Shown here one piece after another: positions 19,101 through 28,655 of a DNA stretch of 55,022 nucleotides. The translations under genes were made by a program, and so were the position numbers. This stretch comes from a virus (lineage: Duplodnaviria > Caudoviricetes), in IMG/VR virus record IMGVR_UViG_3300021335_000020, positions 1-55,022 of that record. One strand, written 5' to 3'. A model generated the notes under the pieces. The model made no database searches. It was not told the DNA's origin and worked only from the letters and a program-made list of their open reading frames with translations. Position 1 is the first letter of the stretch, and each line of letters opens with the position of its first letter.

Positions 19101-22100
19101 TTACTGGTGGTGCCACTACTGTTAATACCACTTCATTTACCGCGACTGCAAATCAGACAACATTTTCTGTAAGTTACACAGTCGGTAAGCTGAATGTATA
19201 TCTGAATGGTATTTTACTTGATGCTGCTGACTTTACTGCTACAAACGGAACAAGTGTTGTACTTGGTACGGGTGCAGATGTCGGAGACATCTTACACACT
19301 ATCACATATGATACCGTAGCAGCAAGCACAATCGATTCGGCTGGTATTAGTTCAATTATTACTGCTGATGTGGATGCGACGTTTATCAACAATTTAACGA
19401 TTGACGCTGATACTCTTGGCGGTCAAAATTCTGCATATCATCTTGATTATACAAACTTTACAAATAAGCCGACTATTCCAACTAATAATAATCAGTTGAC
19501 AAATGGCGCCGGCTATTTAACTAGCTTTACTGAGACTAATGATCTTTCGAGTGCAGTTACTTGGGCAAATATTCCAGACACGAATGTACCGCAAAGCGCA
19601 GTTACTCAGCATCAGGCAGCATTAAGTATTACCGAATCTCAAATTTCAGATCTTGGTACATATCTTACATCTTCTAGCTTAACTAATTATAGAACCGCTA
19701 CACAAATCGAATCGATGATTGATTCGAATGTAAATGCTGTAATTGATGCAGCACCAGGCGCACTCAACACATTAAATGAATTGGCCGCGGCTCTTGGAGA
19801 CGACGCTAATTTCTCAACTACTGTTACTAATCAGATTGCAGGTAAGCTAGACTCAGCTCAAGCTATTGCCACGATTACTGGTTCTGACCTTGATATGGGC
19901 GGCAACAAAGTATTATTTGGTAATGTGTATTCAACTGAAGCTGACTTACCGTCAGCATCTAGCTACCATGGTATGTTTGCTCATGTCCATGCAACTGGTG
20001 CAGGATATTTTGCTCACGGCGGTAACTGGATTAAGTTAGCTAATAATAGCGATATCCCGTCAGTAATTGATTCGGCTGGCATTAGCTCAATCATTACAGC
20101 AGATGTAGATGCATCCTTTGTAAATGCATTAGGAATTTCTAGCGGCACTGATTCTGCTTCAATTATTACTATGATTGATTCATCTTATGTACAAGCAAGA
20201 CAATCAGCTACTGATCCTGGAGTTTCTAGATTAAGTCGTTCAGTCTTTACATTTACTGCCACGGCCAATCAAACTGTCTTTACCGGAACTGCTACTTCCG
20301 GAGGCACTTTAGCATTTAATACTGAAGTCGATGTTTACATCAATGGTATTTTACTTGATGCTACAGATTACACACTATCCGGTGGAAATACTCTAACTCT
20401 CGCATCTGGCACTGGTGTTAACAATATCGTTACTATTGTTGATTATGGCGCAACAGCCATATCGCTTCTTGATTCAGCTGCTATAACTGATATTATCGAC
20501 TCAGCTTATGTTACGGCAAGAGCAGGAGCTGGTACAGATTCAGCAACGGTTTCGGCAATTATTACAGCTGATGTTGATGCAACCTTTATCAATAACTTAA
20601 CAATTAATGCAGATACTCTTGGTGGACAGAACTCAGCTTATCACCTTGATTATACAAACTTTACAAATAAGCCGACTATTCCAACAAACAATAATCAATT
20701 AACAAATGGTGCTGGATATCTGACTAGCTTCACAGAAACAAATGATCTGTCAAGCGCAGTTACTTGGGCCAATATTCCAGACACGAATGTGCCACAAAGT
20801 GCAGTAACACAGCATCAGGCGGCTCTGACAATTACAGAGTCTCAGATTAGTGATTTAGCTCATACAACATCGCTTGCCTTCTCTGCTATTACTTCAACCC
20901 CAACTACACTTGCTGGCTATGGTATTACAGACGGCGGTGGAACAGATTCGGCAGCTGTTGTTTCAATGATCGACTCTGCTTATGTTCAAAACAGACAGTC
21001 AACAGTATCATCTGGTGCTACGACTATTGACACATCTACATTTACAGCTACTGCTGGTCAAACAGTATTCACGGTCAATTATACTGTAGATAAGCTAAAT
21101 GTGTATTTGAATGGTATCTTACTTGATCCATCTGACTACACAGCAACTAATGGCACATCAATTACATTAGACACAGGTGCTGCAGTTAATGATCTTGTCA
21201 ATGTAATTACATATACAACCACTGCAGTCGGCAATCTTGATTCGGCCGGAGTTACAGGAGTTGTTAATTCAGCTTATATACAAGCAAGGCAAGGCGGTAA
21301 TGTAAGTCAGTTTACAAATGACGCTGGTTACTTAACTTCAGCTATCGATTCAGCATATGTTACAACACAGATTGATAGCTTAATCGATGCTGCTCCAGGC
21401 GCATTAAATACACTTAACGAATTAGCAGCTGCTATCGGTGACGATGCTAACTTCTCAACTACTATCACAAATCAGATTGCAGCCCTTCCAGATTCTTCAC
21501 AAGTATCTGGAATTGTAACGGCTGATGTAGATAAAGCCTTTGTTGATGCTTTAGGTATCAATGCAACACAGTTAAACAGTCAAGCTCCGAGTTATTATTT
21601 GGATTATAATAACTTTAGTAATACACCAACTATTCCTACAAACAATAATCAATTGACGAATGGTGCTGGATACCTTACATCTGTACCAGCGCAATCGTTT
21701 GCTTCACTTACTGGCAAGCCAACAACTCTGGCTGGATACGGAATTACTGATGGTGGTGGAACAGATTCTGCTAGCGTATCAGCTATTATTACAGCAGACG
21801 TAGATGCAGCCTTTGTTAACGGATTGGGAATATCTGCTGGGTTAGATTCAGCTGAGATTTTAGCCTTGACTGGTGGTGTTACTCCGAATGTAACCACTTA
21901 TAGTTACACTGCAACAGCTGGTCAACAGACATTTAGTGGTGGTGGTTTATCATACGAAGTTAATAAGTTACAGGTTCACTTAAACGGAATCATGCTTGTT
22001 AATGGTACTGATTATACTGCAACGAGTGGAACGACAGTTGTTCTTACTGGAACTGCTAATGTTAATGACATTCTTGCTGTAACAGCATTTACTAGTGGTT

Positions 22101-23974
22101 TTGTTGGAACTCTTGACTCGGCTGGAACCAATGCATTAATTAGTTCTAAGCTAAGTGCGATGGATCAACATGTTATTCCAACTACTGATAACACGTACGA
22201 CTTGGGTTCTACTACTAAAAGATTCAGAGATCTCTATCTAGGACCTGGATCACTTTACGTCAACAATAAGAAAGTTATTGAAGACGACGCAGGTACTATT
22301 ACAATTAAAACTGATGCAGATCAGAATATGGTTGTTAAGACGTCTGGCACTGGTCAAACGACTATGACGTCGGCTGCTGGAATAAATCTTACAGCATCTA
22401 GTACTGCAGATATTACACTGACGGCGGCTAGCGGTCAAATTGAATTAAACGGTGACATTACCGTCAACGCTTCAAATAGCATTAATAGTTCGAATTCTAA
22501 TCCGATTAACTTCGGTGATATTATTGACATGAATTCAAATAAGATTGTCAATGTTACAGATCCAACAGCTAATCAAGACGCGGCCACTAAAGTATACGTT
22601 GATACACAAGTTGCAGGCGCTTCAGGATCAATTGATTCTGCCGGCACAATTGCTCTTATCGATTCATCGTATGTACAAGCGAGACAAGATCTTGCATACG
22701 GTAGCTTAACTGGCACGCCTACTATTCCTACTAATAATAATCAGTTGACAAACGGTGCTGGATATCTTGTATCATCAGATCTTTCAACATATGCTACTCA
22801 AACATATGTAACGAATGCAGTCAATGATGTTATCGATGCGGCACCTGGTGCTCTTGATACCTTAAATGAATTGGCTGCCGCATTAGGTGATGATGCGAAC
22901 TTTAGTACGACTGTTACAAACTCTATTGCTGGTAAATTAGATTCGGCTCAAGCAATTGCAACCATCACCGGTTCTGATCTGGATATGGGTGGTAATAAAG
23001 TCCTCTTCGGTAATGTATATTCGGCCGAAAGTGACTTACCGTCTGCCTCATCTTATCACGGAATGTTTGCTCACGTACATGCTACTGGTGCTGGTTACTT
23101 CGCACATGGCGGTAATTGGATCAAACTAGCTAACAACAGTGATATTCCATCAGTAATCGATTCTGCTGGTATTAGTTCAATTATTACTGCTGATGTAGAT
23201 GCCTCGTTTGTAAACGGATTAGGTATTACAAGTTATGCTAACTCTGACGTAGACACTCACTTAAATCAAAGCTCAGCATCTTCTAATGAAGTTCTTTCGT
23301 GGAATGGATCAGATTATGCTTGGGTTGCACAATCGAGTGGTGGTGGAACAGATTCAGCCACAGTAAGTTCAATTATTACTGCTGATGTAGATGCAGCATT
23401 TGTAACAAACCTCGGCTTTACTGCTGGCTCAAGTGGTACAACATCTGATGGTATCGATACAACATATGTCTATACAGCAACAGCTGGTCAAACAGCGTTT
23501 ACTGGATCTGATGATAATTCCGCTACTTTAAGTTATGCTACTAATTCGATAATGGTGTACTTGAATGGTATCTTGTTGATCCCAACTACAGATTATACCG
23601 CAACTAATGGTACTACTGTTACTCTTACAACTGCTGCAGAAGTCAGTGATGAAATCTTAATCGTCACAGTTAAATCTGGACCTAAGACATGGACAGAGGA
23701 ATCTGGTAACTATACAGCTACGGCTGGTGATAAGCTCTTTGTAGATGTATCAGGCGGCACAGCAACTGTTACACTTCCAGCATCTCCGGTGATGGGCAAT
23801 GAAGTAAGAGTTATCGACGCGACAGGTAATGCAGCAACTAATAATATTACTATAAATAGAAATGGTAATAAAATTAATGGAGCTGCAGACAACTTAGTAC
23901 TGGATGTTAACAGAGCGGCTATCGGATTAGCTTATTACAATTCAACTCAAGGCTGGGTATTAATAGAGAGATAA
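16124..23974 (+). CDS. Giant mosaic tail fibre-like protein (2616 aa)
   Basis: N-terminal LQIRRGT...GELIYTTDT; five APGAL(N/D)TLNELAAA modules, about eight PTIPTNNNQLTNGAGY-type modules, six TATA(N/G)Q...(L/I)NGI domains, about 45 DS dipeptides. Confidence 0.85.
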   Translation: MALQIRRGTDSQRQGITPAEGELIYTTDTDKLYIGDGSTAGGIEVSGGTDSAAVQGIISATSINAATLDNQNAAYYLNYNNLTNVPATQTDSSTVDSIVLNIVDSNYVQARETPQDFAYGSLTGTPTIPTNNSQLTNGAAYVTQAAVDSAVTALIGGAPGALDTLNELAAAINDDASFAASVTTSLGTKLNLSGGTMTGTIVSQHIEPTTDDTYDLGSTTKRFRDLYLGPGSLYVNNKKVIEDESGTITFKTDSDQNLNIKTQGTGQTTVQSSAGINLTSTGSADVSITTSTGNIEMNGDVIINSTNSINSSNSDPINFGDNLDLNSNKIVNVGTPTAVTDAVNKTYVDNLNVSAFTNDAGYLTSAVDSAGVQGIVDSSYVQLRQTPQNFAYGSLTGAPTNVSDFTNDAGYLTAATAGGLDSSHVSSIITADVDKAFVDALNPDADTLDGQNGTYYLDYNNFSNKPTIPSDTTDLTNGAGYISATSTDTLTNKSGNVSMFTNDAGYLTSVDAALDSAEVTAMVDSAYVQARQDFAYGSLTGTPTIPTNNNQLTNGAGYLTSFTETNDLSSAVTWANVPNTNITESSVTQHQAALSITQSQISDLSAGTDSAAVTAMIDSNYVQARQANASPGATTIDTHTFTATANQTVFSVNYPVGKLNVYLNGILLDPTDYTATNGTSITLDTGAAVNDLVNVITYTTAAIGTLDSAGVTGLVDSAYVQARQGGNVSQFTNDANYLTSVPAQSFASLTSKPTTIAGYGITDAFDGAYGSLTGAPTIPSLGNDFVDSAYVTTQVNAVIDAAPGALNTLNELAAALGDDANFSTTITNQIATKIDSADAIAIVDSSYVQARQTTTTSLAFSAITSTPTTLAGYGITDGGGTDSATVSAIITADVDKAFVDALNADADTLDGQNGTYYLDYNNFSNTPTIPTNNNQLTNGAGYLTSVPAQSFASLTGKPTTLAGYGITDGGGTDSASVISLIDSSYVQARQAAVTGGATTVNTTSFTATANQTTFSVSYTVGKLNVYLNGILLDAADFTATNGTSVVLGTGADVGDILHTITYDTVAASTIDSAGISSIITADVDATFINNLTIDADTLGGQNSAYHLDYTNFTNKPTIPTNNNQLTNGAGYLTSFTETNDLSSAVTWANIPDTNVPQSAVTQHQAALSITESQISDLGTYLTSSSLTNYRTATQIESMIDSNVNAVIDAAPGALNTLNELAAALGDDANFSTTVTNQIAGKLDSAQAIATITGSDLDMGGNKVLFGNVYSTEADLPSASSYHGMFAHVHATGAGYFAHGGNWIKLANNSDIPSVIDSAGISSIITADVDASFVNALGISSGTDSASIITMIDSSYVQARQSATDPGVSRLSRSVFTFTATANQTVFTGTATSGGTLAFNTEVDVYINGILLDATDYTLSGGNTLTLASGTGVNNIVTIVDYGATAISLLDSAAITDIIDSAYVTARAGAGTDSATVSAIITADVDATFINNLTINADTLGGQNSAYHLDYTNFTNKPTIPTNNNQLTNGAGYLTSFTETNDLSSAVTWANIPDTNVPQSAVTQHQAALTITESQISDLAHTTSLAFSAITSTPTTLAGYGITDGGGTDSAAVVSMIDSAYVQNRQSTVSSGATTIDTSTFTATAGQTVFTVNYTVDKLNVYLNGILLDPSDYTATNGTSITLDTGAAVNDLVNVITYTTTAVGNLDSAGVTGVVNSAYIQARQGGNVSQFTNDAGYLTSAIDSAYVTTQIDSLIDAAPGALNTLNELAAAIGDDANFSTTITNQIAALPDSSQVSGIVTADVDKAFVDALGINATQLNSQAPSYYLDYNNFSNTPTIPTNNNQLTNGAGYLTSVPAQSFASLTGKPTTLAGYGITDGGGTDSASVSAIITADVDAAFVNGLGISAGLDSAEILALTGGVTPNVTTYSYTATAGQQTFSGGGLSYEVNKLQVHLNGIMLVNGTDYTATSGTTVVLTGTANVNDILAVTAFTSGFVGTLDSAGTNALISSKLSAMDQHVIPTTDNTYDLGSTTKRFRDLYLGPGSLYVNNKKVIEDDAGTITIKTDADQNMVVKTSGTGQTTMTSAAGINLTASSTADITLTAASGQIELNGDITVNASNSINSSNSNPINFGDIIDMNSNKIVNVTDPTANQDAATKVYVDTQVAGASGSIDSAGTIALIDSSYVQARQDLAYGSLTGTPTIPTNNNQLTNGAGYLVSSDLSTYATQTYVTNAVNDVIDAAPGALDTLNELAAALGDDANFSTTVTNSIAGKLDSAQAIATITGSDLDMGGNKVLFGNVYSAESDLPSASSYHGMFAHVHATGAGYFAHGGNWIKLANNSDIPSVIDSAGISSIITADVDASFVNGLGITSYANSDVDTHLNQSSASSNEVLSWNGSDYAWVAQSSGGGTDSATVSSIITADVDAAFVTNLGFTAGSSGTTSDGIDTTYVYTATAGQTAFTGSDDNSATLSYATNSIMVYLNGILLIPTTDYTATNGTTVTLTTAAEVSDEILIVTVKSGPKTWTEESGNYTATAGDKLFVDVSGGTATVTLPASPVMGNEVRVIDATGNAATNNITINRNGNKINGAADNLVLDVNRAAIGLAYYNSTQGWVLIER
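23851..23858 (+). promoter_or_regulatory. Possible internal late promoter
   Basis: TATAAATA within the CDS, about 120 nt upstream of the lectin gene. Confidence 0.4.
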
Positions 23975-23975
23975 T

Positions 23976-26900
23976 ATGGCAACTTATTCAAGCGTTAAAC
24001 AAGCAGTAGCAGATGCAGCCGGAGTTGGCGGTTCTGTAACCACATATTCTACACCTGCAAATTTACCCACATCTGGTAATGAAGCTGGAGATCAAGCTTT
24101 TGTTTCAAGCAATAACAGATTGTATATTTGGAATGGAAGCGGCTGGTATAATATCGCTCTCATTAATACAAATCCATCGTTTAGTAGTTCGCCAGATGGA
24201 TCATATGAATTAAATACGGATGGAACTTCCACAACAATTACTCTAGTAGCCACTGATCCAGAAGGATTAGATATAACGTACACTACGACTACAGATGCTG
24301 GCTTTGACGGAATGGCTACAGTATCTAACGATTCTTCTGTGTTTACTATTACTCCTCTTTCTGCAGATTCGGCCACAACATCGTCAGGAAACCTAACATT
24401 TAAGGCCTCAGATGGTGTTAACCTTGCGTCTGCAATTTCTGAATTTACTTTAATGTTTTTTATAGAAAATTCAAATTTTACTTCTTTACTGACTAAAGCA
24501 TCGGGTAATGCTGGCACAAATTCTACATTTACTGATGGCTCAACCAACGGTCATACTGTTACTGTTTCTGGGGATGCTATAAGTCAAGCATTTACTCCAT
24601 ATCATCCTGGAGGTTACAGTACACACTTTGACGGCACTGGAGACAGTTTACAATTAACAACTTCCGGAGACTTGCAAGCAATAGGTAGATCAGGTACGGC
24701 TGCAACAATTGAAGCGTGGGTATATTTAAACTCTGCTCCGTCTAGCAGCGGCACTGCAGTTTATTCACAAGGAACTGCGAGTTCAACCGGCGGTAGTAAT
24801 ATTATATCTTTTGAGATCCAACAAAATAGAACCATGCGTGGCATGGTTAATGGAAGTTATAGCAATACTACTGGTTGTCCAATAAGTACCGGTACTGTAC
24901 CATTAAAAGAATGGACTCATATTGCTTTAGTTTTGAATAGCGGTACTTGGACACTATATCTAAATGGTGTTGCAGACGGTACAGCAACAGGATCTTATCC
25001 CAGCGGCACAGCCCACTCTACTGCTTATATCGGTAGAATATTTTATGATGCCGGCAGAACTGGCGATATGTATGTAAGAGATCTTAGGATTACTAGTACT
25101 GCGGTTTACACCTCTGCATTTACATCACCGACTGCACCACTTACTGCTATTACAAATACAAAATTGCTAGCATGTCATTTACCATATATGGGTGACGGAT
25201 CAACTAGCAATTATACTATTACAGCAAATGGAAATACATCTACTGAAAGATTTGGTCCATATGACTATCTTTCATATAGTGCATCTACTTATGGATCGTC
25301 TGTATATTTAGATGGTACCGGAGATTATTTACAAATTGCTGATCATTCTGGATTTACTATAGATACTGGTGATTTCACTGCCGAGTGTTGGATATATCCT
25401 ACTGCTCAAAAATATCAACCAGTAATATTTGGTCAGTGGTCTGATCCATATAGTTGGGGAATTTTGCTTTCAAATGATACAAATGGATATGGTAGATTAA
25501 TTTTTTATGATACTGGTTATCGTGATACTACGTCAACCACTCCTGCACCCTTAAATCAATGGAGTCACTTAGCTCTAGTTAAGGATGGATCGAATGCAAC
25601 CTTATATCTTAATGGTAAATCTATAGCAACTCGTGGAAGTTTAGGATCTTTAAGAAATTCAACTGCTCCTCTTACTATTGGGGCGAACTCTTCTGGTAGT
25701 CATCCATTTCAGGGATATGTTGCAGATGCTAGATTTGTCGTTGGCTCGACGCTATATACTACAAATTTTACACCTCCAGCGGCTCCGCTATCTGCAGTTA
25801 CTAATACTCAATTATTAGTTCAAGCATCTCCTAGTGTCTATAATGCTAGTGGGGGAGAAAGCAAATTAGATTTAATTGGTAATACCCAATCATCTACTGC
25901 TCAAACTAAAAACGCTTCTTCAAGTATGTACTTTGATGGTAGTGGTGATTATATTAACTTAAGCGTTGATGATGGATTTGCTTTTGGAACTGGCGATTTT
26001 ACTATTGAATGTTGGGCATATTTTACATCTATTTCAGATGGTAATTTACAGATAATCTTTCACACCGGTGGAACAACAAGCTCGTTACACTTTCATGTCG
26101 ATGCAAATCAATTAAGCACTGGAACATCTAATTCGTATAAAGTTAATGAATCAACAACCTTTACCACAAACACTTGGTATCATGTTGCAGTAACTCGATC
26201 AAATGGTGTATCATATGTGTTTAGAGATGGTGTGTTACTAGGTACCGGTACAGCAGATACAACAAACTATACAAGCACAGGTACACCTAGGATTGGTGCA
26301 AATTCATCTGGTTCTCAGCTAGTCAATGGATACATTGAAGATCTTCGAATCACAAAAGGGCTTGCAAGATATCCGTTTATTCCAGCAAAAGAGACATTGA
26401 CAGCTGTTTCAGGCACAGATTTACTTGTTGCCCACGCGTCAACTCTTACTGATGGTTCGTCTGGTGGTCGAACTCTTACGGCATCAGGAAATGCAGCTGT
26501 GTCTTCATTTGCACCGAAAGCTGATATGTATTCATTATATTTTGATGGAACAAATGATTATGTTTCGGTTCCTACTAATAGTTTAAATGGTACTGGAAAC
26601 TTTACTCTTGAATATTGGATATACATGAATAATACGTCTGCTTTTGCTATCATTGGCGATATGAACACTAGCGGCGATGGCGGTTGGCAAGTGTGGTGGA
26701 ATTCGTCTGTAGGTCAATTTAGGATGGGTAACGATAATCTGTCAGATTATGAAGGATATGCGTTTACAAATGAAACTGGTAAATGGTATCATCATGCGTG
26801 GGTAAGAGATGGGAGCACACTATCCTTTTTCGTAGATGGATCAAAAATAACTAGAACAACAAATGTTGGAAATATGGGCACCACGGATCTTGCTGATCAA

Positions 26901-27032
26901 TCATCTAGAATTGGACTATTTAATGACGATAGTCATGATTTCAATGGCTACATTTCTAATCTTAGGATAATTGAAGGTACAGCACTCTATAGTAATTCGT
27001 TTACACCACCAACTAGTGAGTTAAAAGGATAA
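23976..27032 (+). CDS. Virion protein with four LamG/concanavalin A-like lectin domains (1018 aa)
   Basis: Four S.(Y/H)(F/L)DG(T/S).D...T(I/A/L)E.W.Y...W.H.A.V...(Y/F)..G repeats, preceded by an Ig/cadherin-like 'ATDPEG' domain. Confidence 0.85.
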   Translation: MATYSSVKQAVADAAGVGGSVTTYSTPANLPTSGNEAGDQAFVSSNNRLYIWNGSGWYNIALINTNPSFSSSPDGSYELNTDGTSTTITLVATDPEGLDITYTTTTDAGFDGMATVSNDSSVFTITPLSADSATTSSGNLTFKASDGVNLASAISEFTLMFFIENSNFTSLLTKASGNAGTNSTFTDGSTNGHTVTVSGDAISQAFTPYHPGGYSTHFDGTGDSLQLTTSGDLQAIGRSGTAATIEAWVYLNSAPSSSGTAVYSQGTASSTGGSNIISFEIQQNRTMRGMVNGSYSNTTGCPISTGTVPLKEWTHIALVLNSGTWTLYLNGVADGTATGSYPSGTAHSTAYIGRIFYDAGRTGDMYVRDLRITSTAVYTSAFTSPTAPLTAITNTKLLACHLPYMGDGSTSNYTITANGNTSTERFGPYDYLSYSASTYGSSVYLDGTGDYLQIADHSGFTIDTGDFTAECWIYPTAQKYQPVIFGQWSDPYSWGILLSNDTNGYGRLIFYDTGYRDTTSTTPAPLNQWSHLALVKDGSNATLYLNGKSIATRGSLGSLRNSTAPLTIGANSSGSHPFQGYVADARFVVGSTLYTTNFTPPAAPLSAVTNTQLLVQASPSVYNASGGESKLDLIGNTQSSTAQTKNASSSMYFDGSGDYINLSVDDGFAFGTGDFTIECWAYFTSISDGNLQIIFHTGGTTSSLHFHVDANQLSTGTSNSYKVNESTTFTTNTWYHVAVTRSNGVSYVFRDGVLLGTGTADTTNYTSTGTPRIGANSSGSQLVNGYIEDLRITKGLARYPFIPAKETLTAVSGTDLLVAHASTLTDGSSGGRTLTASGNAAVSSFAPKADMYSLYFDGTNDYVSVPTNSLNGTGNFTLEYWIYMNNTSAFAIIGDMNTSGDGGWQVWWNSSVGQFRMGNDNLSDYEGYAFTNETGKWYHHAWVRDGSTLSFFVDGSKITRTTNVGNMGTTDLADQSSRIGLFNDDSHDFNGYISNLRIIEGTALYSNSFTPPTSELKG

Positions 27033-27787
27033 TGGCAAATCCAAATTCAAGAGATTCTTTAATTGAATACTGTAAGCGGCGTCTTGGTGATCCTGTCATT
27101 GAGATTAATGTTGATGAGGATCAGTTAGAAGATAGACTCGATGAGGCTCTTCAGTATTATCAAGAGTATCATTCTGAATCTACTCTCAGAACATATTTGA
27201 AACACCAAGTTACAGCTGATGATGTAACTAACGAATATATTCCGTTAGCGTCTGATATTACATTTGTATCTAAGATGTTTCCGATTGCAAGTAACTTCTC
27301 AATGTCTAGAAATTTCTTTGATATCAAATATCAAATGATGCTAAATGACATTGCTGACTTACAAAACTTTTCTGGAGACATGGCATATTACGAGCAAATG
27401 CAACAGTATCTTGGTATGCTAGATATGAAATTAAATGGTACACCACAAATACAATTTTCTAGAAAACAAAATAGACTCTATGTCTTTGGTGACTTTCAGG
27501 ATAAAGATATTTTAGAAGGCGATTATATAGTTGCAGAAGTTTATAAGATTATTGATCCGAATACACATACTTCAATATATAATGATATATGGTTAAAAGA
27601 ATATACAACTGCACTTATTAAACAACAATGGGGTGCAAACTTATTAAAATTCGAAGGTATGCAACTTCCAGGTGGCGTTATTCTTAACGGCAGACAAATC
27701 TACGATGATGCAACCGGAGAAATTGAAAGACTGAGAGAAACTATCAGACTTGAACACGAAATGCCGGCTGACTTCTTTGTAGGTTAA
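27032..27787 (+). CDS. gp13: Neck protein gp13
   Basis: 'YCKRRLGDPVIEINVD', 'KQQWGANLLKF.G.QLPGGV.LNG'; synteny. Confidence 0.93.
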   Translation: MANPNSRDSLIEYCKRRLGDPVIEINVDEDQLEDRLDEALQYYQEYHSESTLRTYLKHQVTADDVTNEYIPLASDITFVSKMFPIASNFSMSRNFFDIKYQMMLNDIADLQNFSGDMAYYEQMQQYLGMLDMKLNGTPQIQFSRKQNRLYVFGDFQDKDILEGDYIVAEVYKIIDPNTHTSIYNDIWLKEYTTALIKQQWGANLLKFEGMQLPGGVILNGRQIYDDATGEIERLRETIRLEHEMPADFFVG

Positions 27788-27788
27788 T

Positions 27789-28655
27789 ATGAGAAATGTT
27801 TACTTTTCTGATAAAGTTAGATCAGAACAAAATCTATATGACGACATAGTCATAGAATCGCTTAAGATCTATGGACAAGATCTCTATTATCTTCCACGCG
27901 ACATCGTAAATAAAGATCCAATCCTAGGCGAAGATGTACCATCTCGTTTTAATTCTTCGTATAAGATCGAAATGTATATCGAAAACGTCGAAGGTTTTGA
28001 CGGTGAAGGAGATCTCTTTACTCGATTTGGTGTAGAGATTAGAGACGAAGCTACATTTATTGTATCTCGTCGTAGATGGAATATGACTATCGGCCAGTAT
28101 GATAATGAGATTGAATCTGAAAGACCGCGCGAAGGTGATCTATTATATCTTCCTATGACAAATAAAATGTTTGAGATCTTACACGTTGAACATGAGCAGC
28201 CATTCTATCAGTTATCTAATTTACCAGTATATAAATTAAGAGCTCAACTGTTCGAATATAACGACGAAGATTTAGATACAGGCATTGAAGTAATTGATGA
28301 AATAGAAACTAAATATGCTTATACATATGTGCTAACTCTTGGTGCAAACGGTGTAATTGAAGTCGGTCAAACAGCTACGCAAACATTCGCTGATGGTACA
28401 ATTATGAGCGGAGAAGTTGCTAAATGGTCAGACTCTGATAATAAGCTACATCTTATTCATGTGGGCGCCAATGATGGTTTATTCCATAACTTTATTACTA
28501 CACAACCTCTTGTTGTAAATGATTCAAGCTATACTGTAACACTGGTAGCAGAAGATAATAAGATTTCTAATAATGAACAAAATGATGATTTCCAGTCAGA
28601 TGCTGCCGGATTCCTAGACTTTACTGAAAATAATCCCTTTGGAGATCCTAGCTAA
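27789..28655 (+). CDS. gp14: Neck/head completion protein gp14
   Basis: 'ESLKIYGQDLYYLPR', 'RPREGDLLY', C-terminal 'DFTENNPFG'. Confidence 0.93.
   Translation: MRNVYFSDKVRSEQNLYDDIVIESLKIYGQDLYYLPRDIVNKDPILGEDVPSRFNSSYKIEMYIENVEGFDGEGDLFTRFGVEIRDEATFIVSRRRWNMTIGQYDNEIESERPREGDLLYLPMTNKMFEILHVEHEQPFYQLSNLPVYKLRAQLFEYNDEDLDTGIEVIDEIETKYAYTYVLTLGANGVIEVGQTATQTFADGTIMSGEVAKWSDSDNKLHLIHVGANDGLFHNFITTQPLVVNDSSYTVTLVAEDNKISNNEQNDDFQSDAAGFLDFTENNPFGDPS

Noticed and set aside
6941-23360. GxDS motifs resembling the acyl-carrier-protein phosphopantetheine site (GxDSL)
   Set aside because: The residue after Ser is nearly always A/S/D rather than L, there is no ACP-sized helical domain, and no PPTase is in the window; kept only as a remote alternative.
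16400-23400. Recurring 20-40 nt DNA repeats (e.g. GATGGTGGTGGAACAGATTC) that could suggest a CRISPR array or DGR template/variable repeats
   Set aside because: They are in-frame coding repeats with irregular spacing and third-position differences rather than adenine-specific ones; no cas or reverse transcriptase gene is in the window.
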